64,000 nucleotides of DNA from Psychrobacter sp. (GCF_018260395.1 NZ_JAGLBC010000001.1:4301-68300); one strand, 5' to 3'; shown: positions 30,990 to 43,923, counted from the first letter of the stretch. The notes: a model not told the origin generated them from the letters alone. Made by a program: numbers and translations.

Positions 30990-31985
30990 TCAATCGCTAT
31001 TTTTTAACAACAAAGATTGAGTAATCAATGTTGGACAAGGAGGTCGATTATTTTTTATATAGGTCTGGATTTTAGGAATAAGGGCTTGAGGAATGGGTAG
31101 AAAAACGCTGCTACCAGTACCTGTCATTCGCGCTGTACTATGGGTTATAGATTCTAGTTGTTGTAGATAATGTAGGGCTTGCCTTACTTTGGGCACAGTT
31201 TCTACGACAACTGGCTGAAATACGTTGCTATAAGGTTTATACAATCGATCAAGATACCCCTCATTATTTTGTTGTATGTCGGATACGCCTATAACTGGCA
31301 CATCTCGGCGTAATTGAGGATGAGCAAACAAAGATTTAGTAGAGGCGTGAACCTTAGGATTCAGTAGTAAATAATGTTGATGAGGTAAATTAATAGCAGT
31401 GAGTTTTTCACCAATACCTTCAGCCACTGCATCTCGACCAAAAATGAAAATCGGCACGTCAGCGCCCACACAGCTTCCAATATCAATCAAGGTTTGTTGG
31501 TCTAAATTAAAACCCCATAGCTTATTTAAAGCCAATAAGGTGGTCGCTGCATTAGATGATCCACCCCCAAGTCCTGACCCAGTTGGCAGTACCTTATCAA
31601 GCTTGATATTAATTATAGGTAATGTGTTTGTTAATTCAATACCTAAGCGATGACACTCTTTCTTAACGTATTTAATCAATGCCACTGCAGCTTTGGTAAT
31701 CAAATTATCCATAATATCTGTAGTCACCGCTACATCACTATCTAAGCTGATAGGCAGATTGCTGTTTTCAAAAGACTGATGGATGTTGAACAGTTTTTGA
31801 CTGACAGCAAAATGTATAGTATCTCCCCAGTCTAATAATCGAAATACAGTTTGTAAGTTATGGTAGCCATCTGCACGTTTGCTATTAATATGTAAAAACA
31901 AGTTAATCTTGGCTGGTGACAATATACTTAGCTGTGGCAGAGTACCTGTTTGTGGCAAAATATTTGGCAGGTGCAAGGGAGTCAT
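30990..31985 (-). CDS. ispE: 4-diphosphocytidyl-2-C-methyl-D-erythritol kinase
   Basis: 331 aa. SPAKINLFLHI and the GHMP kinase motif PTGSGLGGGSSNAA. Conserved lolB-ispE-tRNA-Gln-prs context. Confidence 0.9.
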   Translation of the reverse strand: MTPLHLPNILPQTGTLPQLSILSPAKINLFLHINSKRADGYHNLQTVFRLLDWGDTIHFAVSQKLFNIHQSFENSNLPISLDSDVAVTTDIMDNLITKAAVALIKYVKKECHRLGIELTNTLPIINIKLDKVLPTGSGLGGGSSNAATTLLALNKLWGFNLDQQTLIDIGSCVGADVPIFIFGRDAVAEGIGEKLTAINLPHQHYLLLNPKVHASTKSLFAHPQLRRDVPVIGVSDIQQNNEGYLDRLYKPYSNVFQPVVVETVPKVRQALHYLQQLESITHSTARMTGTGSSVFLPIPQALIPKIQTYIKNNRPPCPTLITQSLLLKNSD

Positions 31986-32144
31986 AGCGTCATAACCTAA
32001 ATACGAAAACTAGCCTGACCATTGGTGTGGGTTAATATCGATAGTCAGACTAGTTAAATGGGTTGCCAAAAAGCACTTAGCACTGATAAATAATTAATTA
32101 TTATTTTAGAGAGTAAAACAGAGCTTTACTTAGTCGAATTTTTA

Positions 32145-32822
32145 CTAGCCGTGTGAAATGGTCATGATGACTCTATAACCATCAGCACGGACCACAGTGA
32201 TTTTGCTAGGAATACGAATGCTGGCATCATTACTATTATAACTAAAACTTGCAACCCAATCGCCATTTTGGGAGCTTTCTAAACGACCTTGTGCATCAAC
32301 TTTACTATTGGTATCTGATGGTGCTGGACGACCAGAAATCCAATAGCGAAGCTGTGAAATTGGCGCTTGCCAACCTGTAGCACGCAGTAGTAACTCTTCC
32401 GGAGAGGCGGCTTTAATCTCACCAGTCTGTTCGCTAACCAAGGTGGCGCTATTGCCATTGTATTCAATAACTGTATGACCAATACCCAAAGCACCAGTAA
32501 GATCTATTGCAAAACGATCTTGCTCTTGAGCCCAGACATAAAAGGCGCTGCCACTTTTTGCATTGCTAGTATCAGTTTTTGGGATAGTAATGCCAATTTT
32601 GCCACCAATATTAAAGCGTTGTAGCAATTCTGGATACTGGGGGGCACCAGCTGTAATGACATCGCTACTTACGTTAGGTGCTGTACCCATTTGCTGGGTA
32701 GTTTGACAGCCTGTGAACATAAAAGCACTGCTAGCAAAAATCAAAGCAGCTAAACTCCTCTTGGAGTAAGTTTTAGTAAAAGTGTTTGTTTGAAGGCAAA
32801 TTGAACTGAGCAAGTGAGTCAT
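32145..32822 (-). CDS. lolB: outer-membrane lipoprotein LolB
   Basis: 225 aa with lipobox FTGC. The size and the position directly upstream of ispE fit LolB. Confidence 0.8.
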   Translation of the reverse strand: MTHLLSSICLQTNTFTKTYSKRSLAALIFASSAFMFTGCQTTQQMGTAPNVSSDVITAGAPQYPELLQRFNIGGKIGITIPKTDTSNAKSGSAFYVWAQEQDRFAIDLTGALGIGHTVIEYNGNSATLVSEQTGEIKAASPEELLLRATGWQAPISQLRYWISGRPAPSDTNSKVDAQGRLESSQNGDWVASFSYNSNDASIRIPSKITVVRADGYRVIMTISHG

Positions 32823-32958
32823 GATTGTCCTTAATTATCGGAAACTTATTCGTTAAGTTGTATTTGAATGAGCAAAAGATTCGAGAAAAGACTTATATTA
32901 TCCATCCAAGACTTAGATTTTAACAAGGCTTTATAAATGCTTATAGCCTTTAGCCATA

Positions 32959-35031
32959 CTAGTAAGACTGCAGACGGTCACTAATGTCTTGCTGACCCAC
33001 CGCAAAGCGTTGTTTAATATCTTCAAATAAACTATTAACCTTATCTTGATTGCCAAGCCCTTGATAAGCACGTAGCAAAATAATGCCTGAATCTAAATTT
33101 GGAGAAACCTGATAGGGCTCTTGTAAATAATCGATAACTTGCTGATATTGGCCTTTTGACAGCGAGTCGGCAGCTATAATATTAAGTGCAGATAAAAAGT
33201 TCTGCTGATTAAACAAAGGTGAATTAAACGGCAATTGTAATACTGACTCAGCAAGAGTAAGCGCTTGCTCGACATCCTTTTTATTACCAACTTCATATAA
33301 TAGCTTGGCGGATGCCACAATATAATCAGGATTTTCTGGGTTAATAAGTAATAGACGATCTAATAGTTGGCGTTTTAATGTCGTATCTTTTTTATTGTCT
33401 AAAAGCTGAGCATGAGCGAACATTAACTTAGTATCATCAGGGTACCGCTTACTCGCTTCAGCTAAAGTCTTTTTAGCCTCTGCCAGTTTTTGTTGCTGCC
33501 GCAAAATATCGGCCTGCATGATAGCACTTTCAGGACCATACACATCAAATTGTAGGCTTAACTGGTTTAAGGTAGCCAACGCTTGATCAGGCTTGTTTTG
33601 TAACAACTGTATAGATACTAATTTTTGGCGTGCTTTTAGTACCAAGTTCTCTTGCATAACCTTGGATAAAAAACGCTCAGCACGGTCAAACTTTTGTTGA
33701 CGCTCGGCACTAATGCCCAAATAGTAATAAGCTTGGTCAATATACGCAGGTGAGGCTGCCAATTCTGACAATAGCTCATCAGCTTTTGCATATTCGTCAA
33801 TATCAATACTCACAAGAGCTGCCAGCAAAGTAATCTCTTCATCATGGAATAAATTATTGGCTTCTAATAACAGTTGATGCGCTTCGTGAGTTTCACCTAA
33901 ATCTAAACGGTAGCGTATCTCGTACAAGTATAAACTCTTATTATCTTTTAGCTTCTTACGCTGGTCACTGACAAATTTAAGCACCTGGTCATCAGGTTGT
34001 AGCTGCTTTAAAATATCAGCTTTTAGTAGGATAAAGGGAGCATTATCAGGCTTGTATTTCAATGCTCGATTGACACTAACTAGCGCAATATCAGGCTGTC
34101 CCAATTGCAACATTAAACCTGCTTGCATTACTAACAGCGAAGGATTGTCATGTTGAGGTAAACGTAATAATGTTTCGAGTAAAAGACGTTGATCCGCTTT
34201 ACTGGTGGGATAGATACCGATTAGAATTTCACTCAAATCGGCCTGAGTATCATAGTCCAAAATTTCAGCCAAAACTTTACCAGATAGAGTATAGTCATGT
34301 GCTTTTAGTGCCAAGTGAGCCACATAGAATAAGGCAGGAATATGATCAGGGTTTTGCTTCTGCCATCTAACAGCAAAGGATAAAGACTCTTTAGGCGTCT
34401 CATATAACAAAGATAACTCTAACGCTCGTTCAAAGACGCTAGTTGAATCTTCCTTAAAAGATTCCTGTTTATAAAGATCAAGCCCGGCGTCAATCTCACC
34501 ACGATCTATCAAAAATTCAGCTTGCATCACATTAAGTAGGCTAGGCCGCTCATTAGTTAATGACATACGACTGTTTGATAAATCCACCGGATGGCTACTT
34601 AGATTTGGGTCTAAGGCTACTTGCTCTGTAATTAACTGATCAGACTTGGCAAGAGGTTTTGAATCATCATTTTTATCAATGATGTTCATAATAGGAGACA
34701 ATACTCTACGAATAGGGTCAAGAACGCTAGCATTGGCCGTCATTGAGTGAGTGGCCATACTGGCTAGGCTTAATAAAATTAACAACTGTAATAACCGTTG
34801 GCGCGTTAAATTAAGCGATTTTGGTTTAGAATTATTGACCGGTTTAATTATGGATCGGTTTGATGTTTTTCTTAATCTTCTTTTAGAGCGTTTAACAGCT
34901 ATAGCTTTTTCTAGCTCAGAAAATAGGGTACGCTTGATTTTTGAACGCAAGCCAACCTGAGTGCTCTCAAAACCAGAGAGTACCTTGGTTGTTACTCCTT
35001 TAGACTTAGTTGTCTGACGCAAGAAAGGCAT
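32959..35031 (-). CDS. TPR-repeat protein with basic N-terminal region and one signal-anchor-like segment
   Basis: 690 aa with repeated A/L/Y-rich TPR-like helices. It is the same position as the TPR gene upstream of lolB in Pseudomonas. Confidence 0.7.
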   Translation of the reverse strand: MPFLRQTTKSKGVTTKVLSGFESTQVGLRSKIKRTLFSELEKAIAVKRSKRRLRKTSNRSIIKPVNNSKPKSLNLTRQRLLQLLILLSLASMATHSMTANASVLDPIRRVLSPIMNIIDKNDDSKPLAKSDQLITEQVALDPNLSSHPVDLSNSRMSLTNERPSLLNVMQAEFLIDRGEIDAGLDLYKQESFKEDSTSVFERALELSLLYETPKESLSFAVRWQKQNPDHIPALFYVAHLALKAHDYTLSGKVLAEILDYDTQADLSEILIGIYPTSKADQRLLLETLLRLPQHDNPSLLVMQAGLMLQLGQPDIALVSVNRALKYKPDNAPFILLKADILKQLQPDDQVLKFVSDQRKKLKDNKSLYLYEIRYRLDLGETHEAHQLLLEANNLFHDEEITLLAALVSIDIDEYAKADELLSELAASPAYIDQAYYYLGISAERQQKFDRAERFLSKVMQENLVLKARQKLVSIQLLQNKPDQALATLNQLSLQFDVYGPESAIMQADILRQQQKLAEAKKTLAEASKRYPDDTKLMFAHAQLLDNKKDTTLKRQLLDRLLLINPENPDYIVASAKLLYEVGNKKDVEQALTLAESVLQLPFNSPLFNQQNFLSALNIIAADSLSKGQYQQVIDYLQEPYQVSPNLDSGIILLRAYQGLGNQDKVNSLFEDIKQRFAVGQQDISDRLQSY

Positions 35032-35216
35032 ACATTTCCGATTAGTGAAAGAGGATGAAAAGCGCTTGGTTGTTAATTAAGTTCCTTAATTGGGTAGTTA
35101 ATTAGTTAGCTGTTTGGTTAGATGCTTAATTAGAAGTTGAATAAGATATTTATATTGAGTAATAAATTAGGTTACATTATAGTCAATTATTAGTCAGTCT
35201 AATAGTACTATCCTTA

Positions 35217-36170
35217 TTACTTCTGACGTTGCCATAGCCAATCTGCTAAGGCATTTAGCACGCTTTTTTCACTAAAGCAGCTATCCACCGCTTGCTTGGC
35301 ATCTACGAATAAGGATTGGGCATAGTCGGTAGCTTTTTCAACGCCCATCAATTTGACATAAGTGGACTTATTTAGACCCTCATCGCTACCCGCTGGTTTA
35401 CCTAAAGTATCCGTGCTGGCAGTCACATCCAAAATATCATCTTGTACCTGAAATGCCAGACCAATGTTTTTGGCAAAATGCATTAGCGATTGTGATTGCT
35501 CAGCGCTAGCTTCGGCGCAAACGCCACCCATTAATACTGCCGCTTCAATCAATGCACCAGTCTTATCACGGTGTATTGTTTCAAGATGGTCTTGATCTAT
35601 CTGTCTATTTTCAGCATTTAAATCTAACATCTGTCCTGAGACCATTTTTCTGGCTCTTGGGGCAAATACTTTAAGTAGCTTGGCAACCTGATCATCAGGT
35701 ATAGCTTCAAACCCATCTATATTAGCGGTTAATATTTCAAAAGCTAGCGTTTGTAACACATCACCGGTTAACATAGCTGTAGCTTCATCGAATTTGATAT
35801 GACAAGTAGGGCGACCACGACGTAAGTCATCATCATCCATGCAAGGTAAATCGTCATGGATAAGCGAGTAGGTGTGTAAAAGCTCCACGGCAAGCATGGC
35901 TCGTCGGCAGTTCACTGGCAGCTCTGACGATATCTCAAACGCTATAGTCAGACCTGAAGTAGTCATAGCCTTATTTTGCATCACTGTCTGATAACCACAA
36001 GCGACCAATAACGGACGCACACGCTTGCCTTGTCCCATCATGGCGTAATGACAGGCTTCATTTAAAGGGTTTGGCAAGTTGGCATGGTTTAACAAAGAAT
36101 CAATATCGGCCTCTAATGTAGTAATGACCTGTTGACTTAATTTTTCAAAATTGATTGGCTGTTTCATCAT
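35217..36170 (-). CDS. ispA: (2E,6E)-farnesyl diphosphate synthase / geranyltranstransferase
   Basis: First and second aspartate-rich motifs LIHDDLPCMDDDDLRRG and QVQDDILD. Confidence 0.9.
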   Translation of the reverse strand: MMKQPINFEKLSQQVITTLEADIDSLLNHANLPNPLNEACHYAMMGQGKRVRPLLVACGYQTVMQNKAMTTSGLTIAFEISSELPVNCRRAMLAVELLHTYSLIHDDLPCMDDDDLRRGRPTCHIKFDEATAMLTGDVLQTLAFEILTANIDGFEAIPDDQVAKLLKVFAPRARKMVSGQMLDLNAENRQIDQDHLETIHRDKTGALIEAAVLMGGVCAEASAEQSQSLMHFAKNIGLAFQVQDDILDVTASTDTLGKPAGSDEGLNKSTYVKLMGVEKATDYAQSLFVDAKQAVDSCFSEKSVLNALADWLWQRQK

Positions 36171-36844
36171 AGAACCGATGCTCGATACAGAAGAGGGTTG
36201 ACTAACTGTTGACTAACTAACGTCTAGATTAAAGCTTAAATTAAAAGATGGCTTAAATTAAAATAGGGCATAGATTAAAGTTAGGTTGTTCTTATCTTTA
36301 TGGGGACTAGTTTAACATGTGCAAGTTATGTTTATGACCTGTAGTCAGCTTACAAAACTTAGCAACCTTACTGATAGTGCGTTTAATTAATTGCTTATAA
36401 TACTCAGTGTAGTTAGATTACTCGTTCAGTCACTTCATAGCTAAACAATACTTTAACCGCAAGGATTATATTTAGGGTAATAAATATTTCTGTAAGAAAT
36501 AAACATTAAAATATATGACCTATGAGTCAGTGATTGCGCTGTGACAGTAGGGGGTTAAATCCCCTACACTAACCGCCGTAAACCAAAAACGTCATAAAAA
36601 AAAGAGGTTTGCTCCAAGATATAAATGAGCAAGTTATATAATAGTAATCTAATACACTGTATATATTCTAATACTATAGAATCGTTTTGAGCATATGTTT
36701 TTACGCTTAAGCTTAGTCTGAGCTAATTAGATTATTGAGCCTATTAAACTATGATTAAACTTTGATCAACGTACTTTAGCTTAGGGCGTGGTGTAAGAGC
36801 GCGCAAAGCTTATAATAAATCACTAAAATAACAAGGAGATTTAC

Positions 36845-39004
36845 ATGATATATCAAGGTAACCGCATTACCGTATCACTATTGGATGATGGCATTGCCAA
36901 CATGCAGTACAACGCTGAAGGTGAGAGCGTTAATAAATTTGATGCTGAAACCAATAAACAATTCGACGAAGCTGTAACCGCATTAGAACAAGCAGACAAT
37001 GTAAAAGGTCTAATTGTTACCTCTTCTAAAGGCGTGTTTATCGCTGGTGCAGATATTACAGAATTTGTTGGACATTTTAATAAAGAAGAAGAAGAAATTA
37101 AAAATTGGATCGTTGAAATCAACGGTGTATTTAATCGCTTTGAAGATTTACCATTTCCTAAAGTTGCGGCCATTAATGGTGCAGCACTAGGTGGTGGCTG
37201 CGAAATGACATTGGTTTGTGAATATCGCATTATGAGCGAAAACGCTCAAATCGGTCTGCCAGAAACTCAACTAGGTATTTTCCCAGGATTCGGCGGTAGC
37301 GTACGTACCCCACGAGTTATTGGTATTGACAATGCTTTAGAATTAATCGCAACTGGTAAAGCTCAAAAGCCTGCCGAAGCTCTTAAACTTGGTTTGGTTG
37401 ATGCAGTTGTTGCTCAAGATGATCTTGAAAACGCGGCTATTGACTTGGTTAAAAAAGCCATCGCAGGTGATTTAGACTGGCAAGCACGACGTGAAGAGAA
37501 ATTAAACCCTGTTAAGTTAAACCAACTTGAACAAACTATGGCCTTTAGCAGTGCTAAAGCTGCAATCTTTGCAAAAGCCAATCCAAAGCAATATCCTGCG
37601 CCTGCTATCGCAATCGAAGCGATTGAAAAGCATGTCAACCTGCCTCGTAATGAAGCAATTAAAGTTGAAGCAGCAGCCTTTGCAAAAGCAGCTAAAACAC
37701 CACAAGCTGCAAGCTTAGTGGGTGTGTTCTTAAATGATCAAGTGGTTAAGAAACTTGCCAAACAGCATACCAAATCAGCACATGATATCAATGAAGCCGC
37801 TGTACTCGGTGCTGGCATCATGGGCGGCGGTATCGCCTATCAAGCAGCTTCAAAAGGCTTGCCAATTATCATGAAAGATATCAAGTCTGCACAATTAGAC
37901 TTAGGTATGGGCGAAGCGAGCAAGCTACTTAGCCAAATGGTAGAACGTAAAAAAATGACCCCAGCACAAATGGGTGAGACGCTAAGCCGTATTCGTCCTA
38001 CGCTTAACTATGGCGACTTTGGTGAAACTGACATCGTTATTGAAGCGGTTGTTGAAAATCCAAAAGTTAAACATGCGGTTTTAAAAGAAGTAGAAGGCTT
38101 GGTCAAAGAAAATGCCATTTTAGCGTCTAACACTTCAACAATCTCTATCACTTACTTAGCCACGGTACTTGAGCGCCCTGAGAATTTTGTGGGTATGCAC
38201 TTCTTTAACCCTGTACATCGCATGCCATTAGTTGAAGTTATCCGTGGTGAGAAATCATCAGAAGAAGCGGTTTCAACAACTGTAGCGCTAGCGCAGCGTA
38301 TGGGTAAAGTACCTGTTGTGGTGAATGATTGTCCAGGTTTCTTAGTTAACCGTGTGTTGTTCCCATACTTTGGTGCGTTTGATCTTCTGCTTAAACAAGG
38401 TGCAGACTTTGTCCAAGTTGACAAAGTGATGCAAAAGTTCGGTTGGCCTATGGGTCCTGCTTACTTAATCGATGTGGTTGGCTTAGACACTGGCGTACAT
38501 GGCGCAGAAGTCATGGCTGAAGGCTTCCCAGATCGCATGAAACCTGACTATAAAGGCGCTATCAAGCATCTATTTGAGAACAATCGTCTGGGTCAAAAAA
38601 ATGGCGTTGGCTTCTACAAATATGAAAACGACAAACGAGGCAAGCCTCAAAAAACTGCTGATGAAGCCACTTATGAGCTGTTAAAAGAAACCACGGATAG
38701 CGAAAAACAACAGTTCGATGATCAGACTATTATTGATCGCATGATGCTTGCATTCTGTAATGAGACAGTTCGCTGCTTAGAAGACAATATCGTATCTACG
38801 CCAGCTGAGGCAGATATGGCGATGATTATGGGCGTTGGTTTCCCTCCATTCCGTGGTGGTCCATGCCGTTACATTGACCAAGTTGGTCTTGATGACTACC
38901 TTGCGTTATGTGAAAAATATGCTCATCTTGGTAAAGCATATGAAGCACCGCAAAAAATTCGTGATATGGCAGCCGCTGGTGAAACTTTTTACCCAAAAGC
39001 TTAA
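36845..39004 (+). CDS. fadB: fatty-acid oxidation complex alpha subunit (enoyl-CoA hydratase / 3-hydroxyacyl-CoA dehydrogenase)
   Basis: 719 aa. Crotonase domain ([14 protein letters not shown]) plus a 3-HCDH domain ([10 protein letters not shown]). It is followed by fadA. Confidence 0.95.
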   Translation: MIYQGNRITVSLLDDGIANMQYNAEGESVNKFDAETNKQFDEAVTALEQADNVKGLIVTSSKGVFIAGADITEFVGHFNKEEEEIKNWIVEINGVFNRFEDLPFPKVAAINGAALGGGCEMTLVCEYRIMSENAQIGLPETQLGIFPGFGGSVRTPRVIGIDNALELIATGKAQKPAEALKLGLVDAVVAQDDLENAAIDLVKKAIAGDLDWQARREEKLNPVKLNQLEQTMAFSSAKAAIFAKANPKQYPAPAIAIEAIEKHVNLPRNEAIKVEAAAFAKAAKTPQAASLVGVFLNDQVVKKLAKQHTKSAHDINEAAVLGAGIMGGGIAYQAASKGLPIIMKDIKSAQLDLGMGEASKLLSQMVERKKMTPAQMGETLSRIRPTLNYGDFGETDIVIEAVVENPKVKHAVLKEVEGLVKENAILASNTSTISITYLATVLERPENFVGMHFFNPVHRMPLVEVIRGEKSSEEAVSTTVALAQRMGKVPVVVNDCPGFLVNRVLFPYFGAFDLLLKQGADFVQVDKVMQKFGWPMGPAYLIDVVGLDTGVHGAEVMAEGFPDRMKPDYKGAIKHLFENNRLGQKNGVGFYKYENDKRGKPQKTADEATYELLKETTDSEKQQFDDQTIIDRMMLAFCNETVRCLEDNIVSTPAEADMAMIMGVGFPPFRGGPCRYIDQVGLDDYLALCEKYAHLGKAYEAPQKIRDMAAAGETFYPKA

Positions 39005-39136
39005 TAATCATTTGCAATGACCAAATAGCTAGCAATTAATTAGGTGGCCAGCTTAACCCATTATGATAATAAATTTAGAACCGTTAAATAATGAAACTGG
39101 GTTAAGTTGGCGATACGATAAAAATTCAAGGAGTAA

Positions 39137-40312
<1,176 letters not shown>

Positions 40313-40377
40313 TTTTTAAAATGCTTCTTAAAGCGAGATAAAATTAAGCTTGTAACCTTTATTATGTTGCATCAAAA

Positions 40378-40411
40378 GCACCTCTAGCGTAATGTTAGAG
40401 GTGCTTTTTTT
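40378..40411 (+). terminator. rho-independent terminator after fadA
   Basis: gcacctcta-gcgtaatgt-tagaggtgc followed by T7. Confidence 0.85.
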
Positions 40412-40542
40412 GTCTTATTTTAGGTGGCTATTTTTGTGTTATCTCTTAAGCCATTGTCTTTCAAGGTATGGTCTTTCAAGGCATTTTTTCTTAAGCGAAG
40501 GATATAAAAATCTCAATCAAAGGATATAAAATAAAAGGTACT

Positions 40543-40995
40543 GTGGTTATGTCTATTAATAAAATTTCTAAAAATATACCAGCTACCCATGACTCACTAT
40601 CTCCCAGTGAAACTCCTAATCGTAGAGGCACTTTAACCAAGCTATTTGTCATTTCAGCAATTGGCATTGGTTTGAGTTTTTTTTCAAATAGTAAACTTGT
40701 GGCCAATGCAATGGCTGACAAAGTAGGACAAGATTCATTAAAACCTCAAGTGATTGTTGGCAGTGTGCATAAGTCTTTAGAGCAGTTTAGCCTGACATCC
40801 GAACAGGGCATGCAATATCATATCTCTGACCCTAGTAATATCTTAGATGATTTGGCCAAAAAAAGAGGGGTAGTAGATAGTTTTTATACCCTAAACCGTG
40901 TCCGTGTTAAGGCGATAATTAGCAAAGCTGGTAATTATGGTCATATGGGCTTTTATGAGCGACAGATTAATATTGTCGGTATCGCGGATAGTTAA
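40543..40995 (+). CDS. hypothetical small exported protein with Tat-like signal
   Basis: 150 aa. SETPNRRGTLTKLFVISAIGIGLSFF...VANA-MA resembles a twin-arginine signal peptide. I recognise no family. The start may be 40549 (MSINK). Confidence 0.5.
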   Translation: MVMSINKISKNIPATHDSLSPSETPNRRGTLTKLFVISAIGIGLSFFSNSKLVANAMADKVGQDSLKPQVIVGSVHKSLEQFSLTSEQGMQYHISDPSNILDDLAKKRGVVDSFYTLNRVRVKAIISKAGNYGHMGFYERQINIVGIADS

Positions 40996-41216
40996 TACTT
41001 TTTAACTTTACTGAATGCTTAGTACTCGATCTAAGGTACTCGATGCCAAGTACTGCATGCTTTGCACTGGATGATTAGTGATATTAAAGCCTAACGATTA
41101 CTACGGTATTTGGGTTTATATTATAACTTGTGTGCACCAAAGCGTTTGACCTAGTGATACTAATATGACTTAATAGTAATTGATATTTTGGTTCCCAAAA
41201 ACACAAGGAGTGTGTT

Positions 41217-41795
41217 ATGTCAAAAACTATCACCACTGATAAAACCTATCGTATTATGCGCGATAATACTCAAGCGATGATCATTGATGTGCAAGAGAAG
41301 CTTACGCCACATATATATCGTCAACAAGAGATAATTTTAAAGATAGTTACTTTAATTCAAGGCCTACAAATACTTGGTGTACCCCTTGTGCTTAATGAGC
41401 AATACAAAAAGGGGCTTGGTGAAACGATTCCTGAGATAATGGAAGTACTTGATACTTCAAAGGCCAAGATTATTGAAAAAGTCACTTTTAGTGGCTGTGA
41501 CAATGATGAAACTTGGAACTATTTGGCGCAGCAGAACCGTATTTCGATCTTGGTGTTTGGGGTAGAAACTCATGTTTGTGTATTACAAACGGTACTAGAT
41601 TTGCTCGATAATGGCATGCAGCCGGTAGTCATAGCTGATGCTACAGGCTCACGTAATGCTTATGATCGTCGTCAAGCGATTCGTCGTATGCGGAGAGCCG
41701 GTGCAGTCATAACCACTACAGAAGCAATCTTATTTGAGCTTTGTCGATCCAGTAAGGATCCTGCCTTTAAAGCAATTAGTCAGCTTGTTAAATAG
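41217..41795 (+). CDS. isochorismatase-family cysteine hydrolase
   Basis: 192 aa. N-terminal IIDVQEK, then VFGVETHVCVLQT containing the nucleophile Cys context of the isochorismatase/YcaC-like family. Confidence 0.75.
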   Translation: MSKTITTDKTYRIMRDNTQAMIIDVQEKLTPHIYRQQEIILKIVTLIQGLQILGVPLVLNEQYKKGLGETIPEIMEVLDTSKAKIIEKVTFSGCDNDETWNYLAQQNRISILVFGVETHVCVLQTVLDLLDNGMQPVVIADATGSRNAYDRRQAIRRMRRAGAVITTTEAILFELCRSSKDPAFKAISQLVK

Positions 41796-41852
41796 CCTAA
41801 AATTACCTAGTAGGCTTAATTAAAGCGTTAATGTGAGTTAGGTTAAGCTAAG

Positions 41853-43121
41853 CTAAGCTATTCTTCTAGTAACCGTGGCTCTATCTTTAAGTTGTAGGAC
41901 TAAAAATCCTGCAATAACCACTGCAACAATCAATACCCAGCCAGTGTAAGACCAACTACCTGTGGTTGCTTTAACGCCTTGCATTATCATTACGATCACC
42001 ACTCCACCCAAATTGCCCATCATCATAAGCATGGCTACAGCTGAAGCCGCTTGTGAAGGATGAACCGTGTCTTCAGCCGCCGCAATCAGTAATGGATAAC
42101 CCGCCAGCAAAAAGAAACCCAATAAAAAGCTGGTAACCAGTGTGGCTGTACCTGTGGTGGTATAAAGCAGCGGGTAGGTAGCAACGGCACCCACGATAGT
42201 GGATAATATTAAAAACAGGCGACGCTTTTGTAAATAATCAGATAGTAAGGGAATAGTCAAAGCCCCTAGGATACCACCGACGATAAGCATGGCTGTGATG
42301 ATACCTGCTGTAGTTTCGCTGATGCCTCTAGGCGCTAAAATAGGCGCTATCCAATTACTTAGCCCATTAAAGTAACCCATGGCAATAAAAACTGACAATG
42401 AGATAAGCCATAAACGTTTGTTTTTGAGTAATGATTCGATTTCACCAAGTGAAATAACCACCGCTTGACGTCTGGGCTTTTCTTCTACCATTATAAAAAA
42501 AACCAATACCGCTACTGCAGTCACAGCGATATTTATTAACAACATTCCAGAAAATCCAAACAGCTTGATCAATGGAGCAGGGGCAAAGGCGCCTAGTGCA
42601 GTGGCAAGAAACATACCGCCCATAATAACGCCTGTCACTGTGGCGATTTGTGACTTATCAAACCAGTCTGTAGTCACTAAGTTGATGGCATTGGTAATAT
42701 AGGGCTGAGCTATGGCAATGAGTAGTTGGCCGACCAAAACCAGCCAATATTGACTCATACCTAGCCAACGTACAATTGCGCCTGCTAACATTAGGATAGC
42801 TGCATAACCGACCACCTTTTTGTAGCCAACATGGTCCAATAACCTGCCTGAAGGTATGGCCAATATCACAAATACTATAGGAAACATCAGAGTTAAAAGA
42901 TTTGCCCAAAACTCACCGACACCAAAATGCTGTTGGGTACTAATAATAATAGGCGCGAAGGTTAGCCATAAGAATTGATTGACGCCGAGTAATAATGAAA
43001 AGCCGGCAATAACTCGCCACTTTTGAAAGGGCTTTTTTAGTTGAGCTTGAGTATTTTTGCCACTATCCTTGGGCATAATCTTTGGATTTGGCTCATGGGT
43101 TGCTGCATCATCTACTGGCAT
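41853..43121 (-). CDS. MFS transporter
   Basis: 422 aa with roughly 12 hydrophobic segments and a GRLLDHVGYKK motif in the loop 2-3 position. Confidence 0.8.
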   Translation of the reverse strand: MPVDDAATHEPNPKIMPKDSGKNTQAQLKKPFQKWRVIAGFSLLLGVNQFLWLTFAPIIISTQQHFGVGEFWANLLTLMFPIVFVILAIPSGRLLDHVGYKKVVGYAAILMLAGAIVRWLGMSQYWLVLVGQLLIAIAQPYITNAINLVTTDWFDKSQIATVTGVIMGGMFLATALGAFAPAPLIKLFGFSGMLLINIAVTAVAVLVFFIMVEEKPRRQAVVISLGEIESLLKNKRLWLISLSVFIAMGYFNGLSNWIAPILAPRGISETTAGIITAMLIVGGILGALTIPLLSDYLQKRRLFLILSTIVGAVATYPLLYTTTGTATLVTSFLLGFFLLAGYPLLIAAAEDTVHPSQAASAVAMLMMMGNLGGVVIVMIMQGVKATTGSWSYTGWVLIVAVVIAGFLVLQLKDRATVTRRIA

Positions 43122-43317
43122 AGATCATCCTTGTCGTAGCATAAGTGATAATTTATTATGTGCCTTTAGATAGGTTTTATCAACATAAAACCCGATTCAT
43201 TATTTAGTTAGCTAATTTAGTTAAGTTAGCTCAGTTTAATATCTGATAACAGATAGTTGACCTAAGATGGATATAAACATCAAACAGAGTATTTTTTTTG
43301 ATAATAGAGGCTAAATT

Positions 43318-43923
43318 ATGCCATTAATTAATAATGACAAAATTGATATAGAAGAGGTGAGTAAGTACTTATTAGAGCTTGATGCTTTAAAGCGAGTTAA
43401 TCGACGTAGTTATGTGCCCCAGACTGACCGATTAGAAAACTCAGCTGAGCATTCTTGGCATTTGGCGATGGCCTGTTGGTCTATTGCTGAGCTATGTAAT
43501 CTTGATGTTAATCTTGAGAAGCTACTTAAACTTGCATTAGTGCACGATTTGGGTGAAATTGATGCTGGCGATACATTCTTATATGCCGATACCCGTAGCC
43601 AAGCTCATGTTCAAGAGCGACAAGGCATTGAGCGATTAATGGCACAGCCTGGCAATGGGATTCATGATTTAGTAGATATTTGGGATGAACAAGAGACAGG
43701 CAGTAGTAATGAGGCTCAGCTACTTAAGGTTATTGATCGATTATTACCATTTTTGTTAAATATAAATACTGAAGGTAAGACTTGGCGTGATCATGAGGTT
43801 AAGCGCTCACAAGTAGCTGGCATGCATGCGTTTATTGCAGATATTTTTCCTAGTTTACATAAGTGGATATCAAAGCAAATAGAGTATGCCACGCAAAAAG
43901 GTTGGCTAATAGAAGATAGTTAA
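43318..43923 (+). CDS. HD-domain phosphohydrolase (YfbR-like 5'-nucleotidase family)
   Basis: 201 aa. ENSAEHSWHLAMA and LVHDLGEIDAGD metal-binding motifs. Confidence 0.75.
   Translation: MPLINNDKIDIEEVSKYLLELDALKRVNRRSYVPQTDRLENSAEHSWHLAMACWSIAELCNLDVNLEKLLKLALVHDLGEIDAGDTFLYADTRSQAHVQERQGIERLMAQPGNGIHDLVDIWDEQETGSSNEAQLLKVIDRLLPFLLNINTEGKTWRDHEVKRSQVAGMHAFIADIFPSLHKWISKQIEYATQKGWLIEDS

Noticed and set aside
36547-36567. Hairpin gtagggg-gttaaat-cccctac, resembling a tRNA T-arm. I considered it as a tRNA remnant or island att site.
   Set aside because: There is no acceptor stem, anticodon arm or CCA around it. The loop does not match TTCRAAT. It is unrelated to the 3' end of the tRNA-Gln genes in this window, and no integrase or direct-repeat partner is visible.
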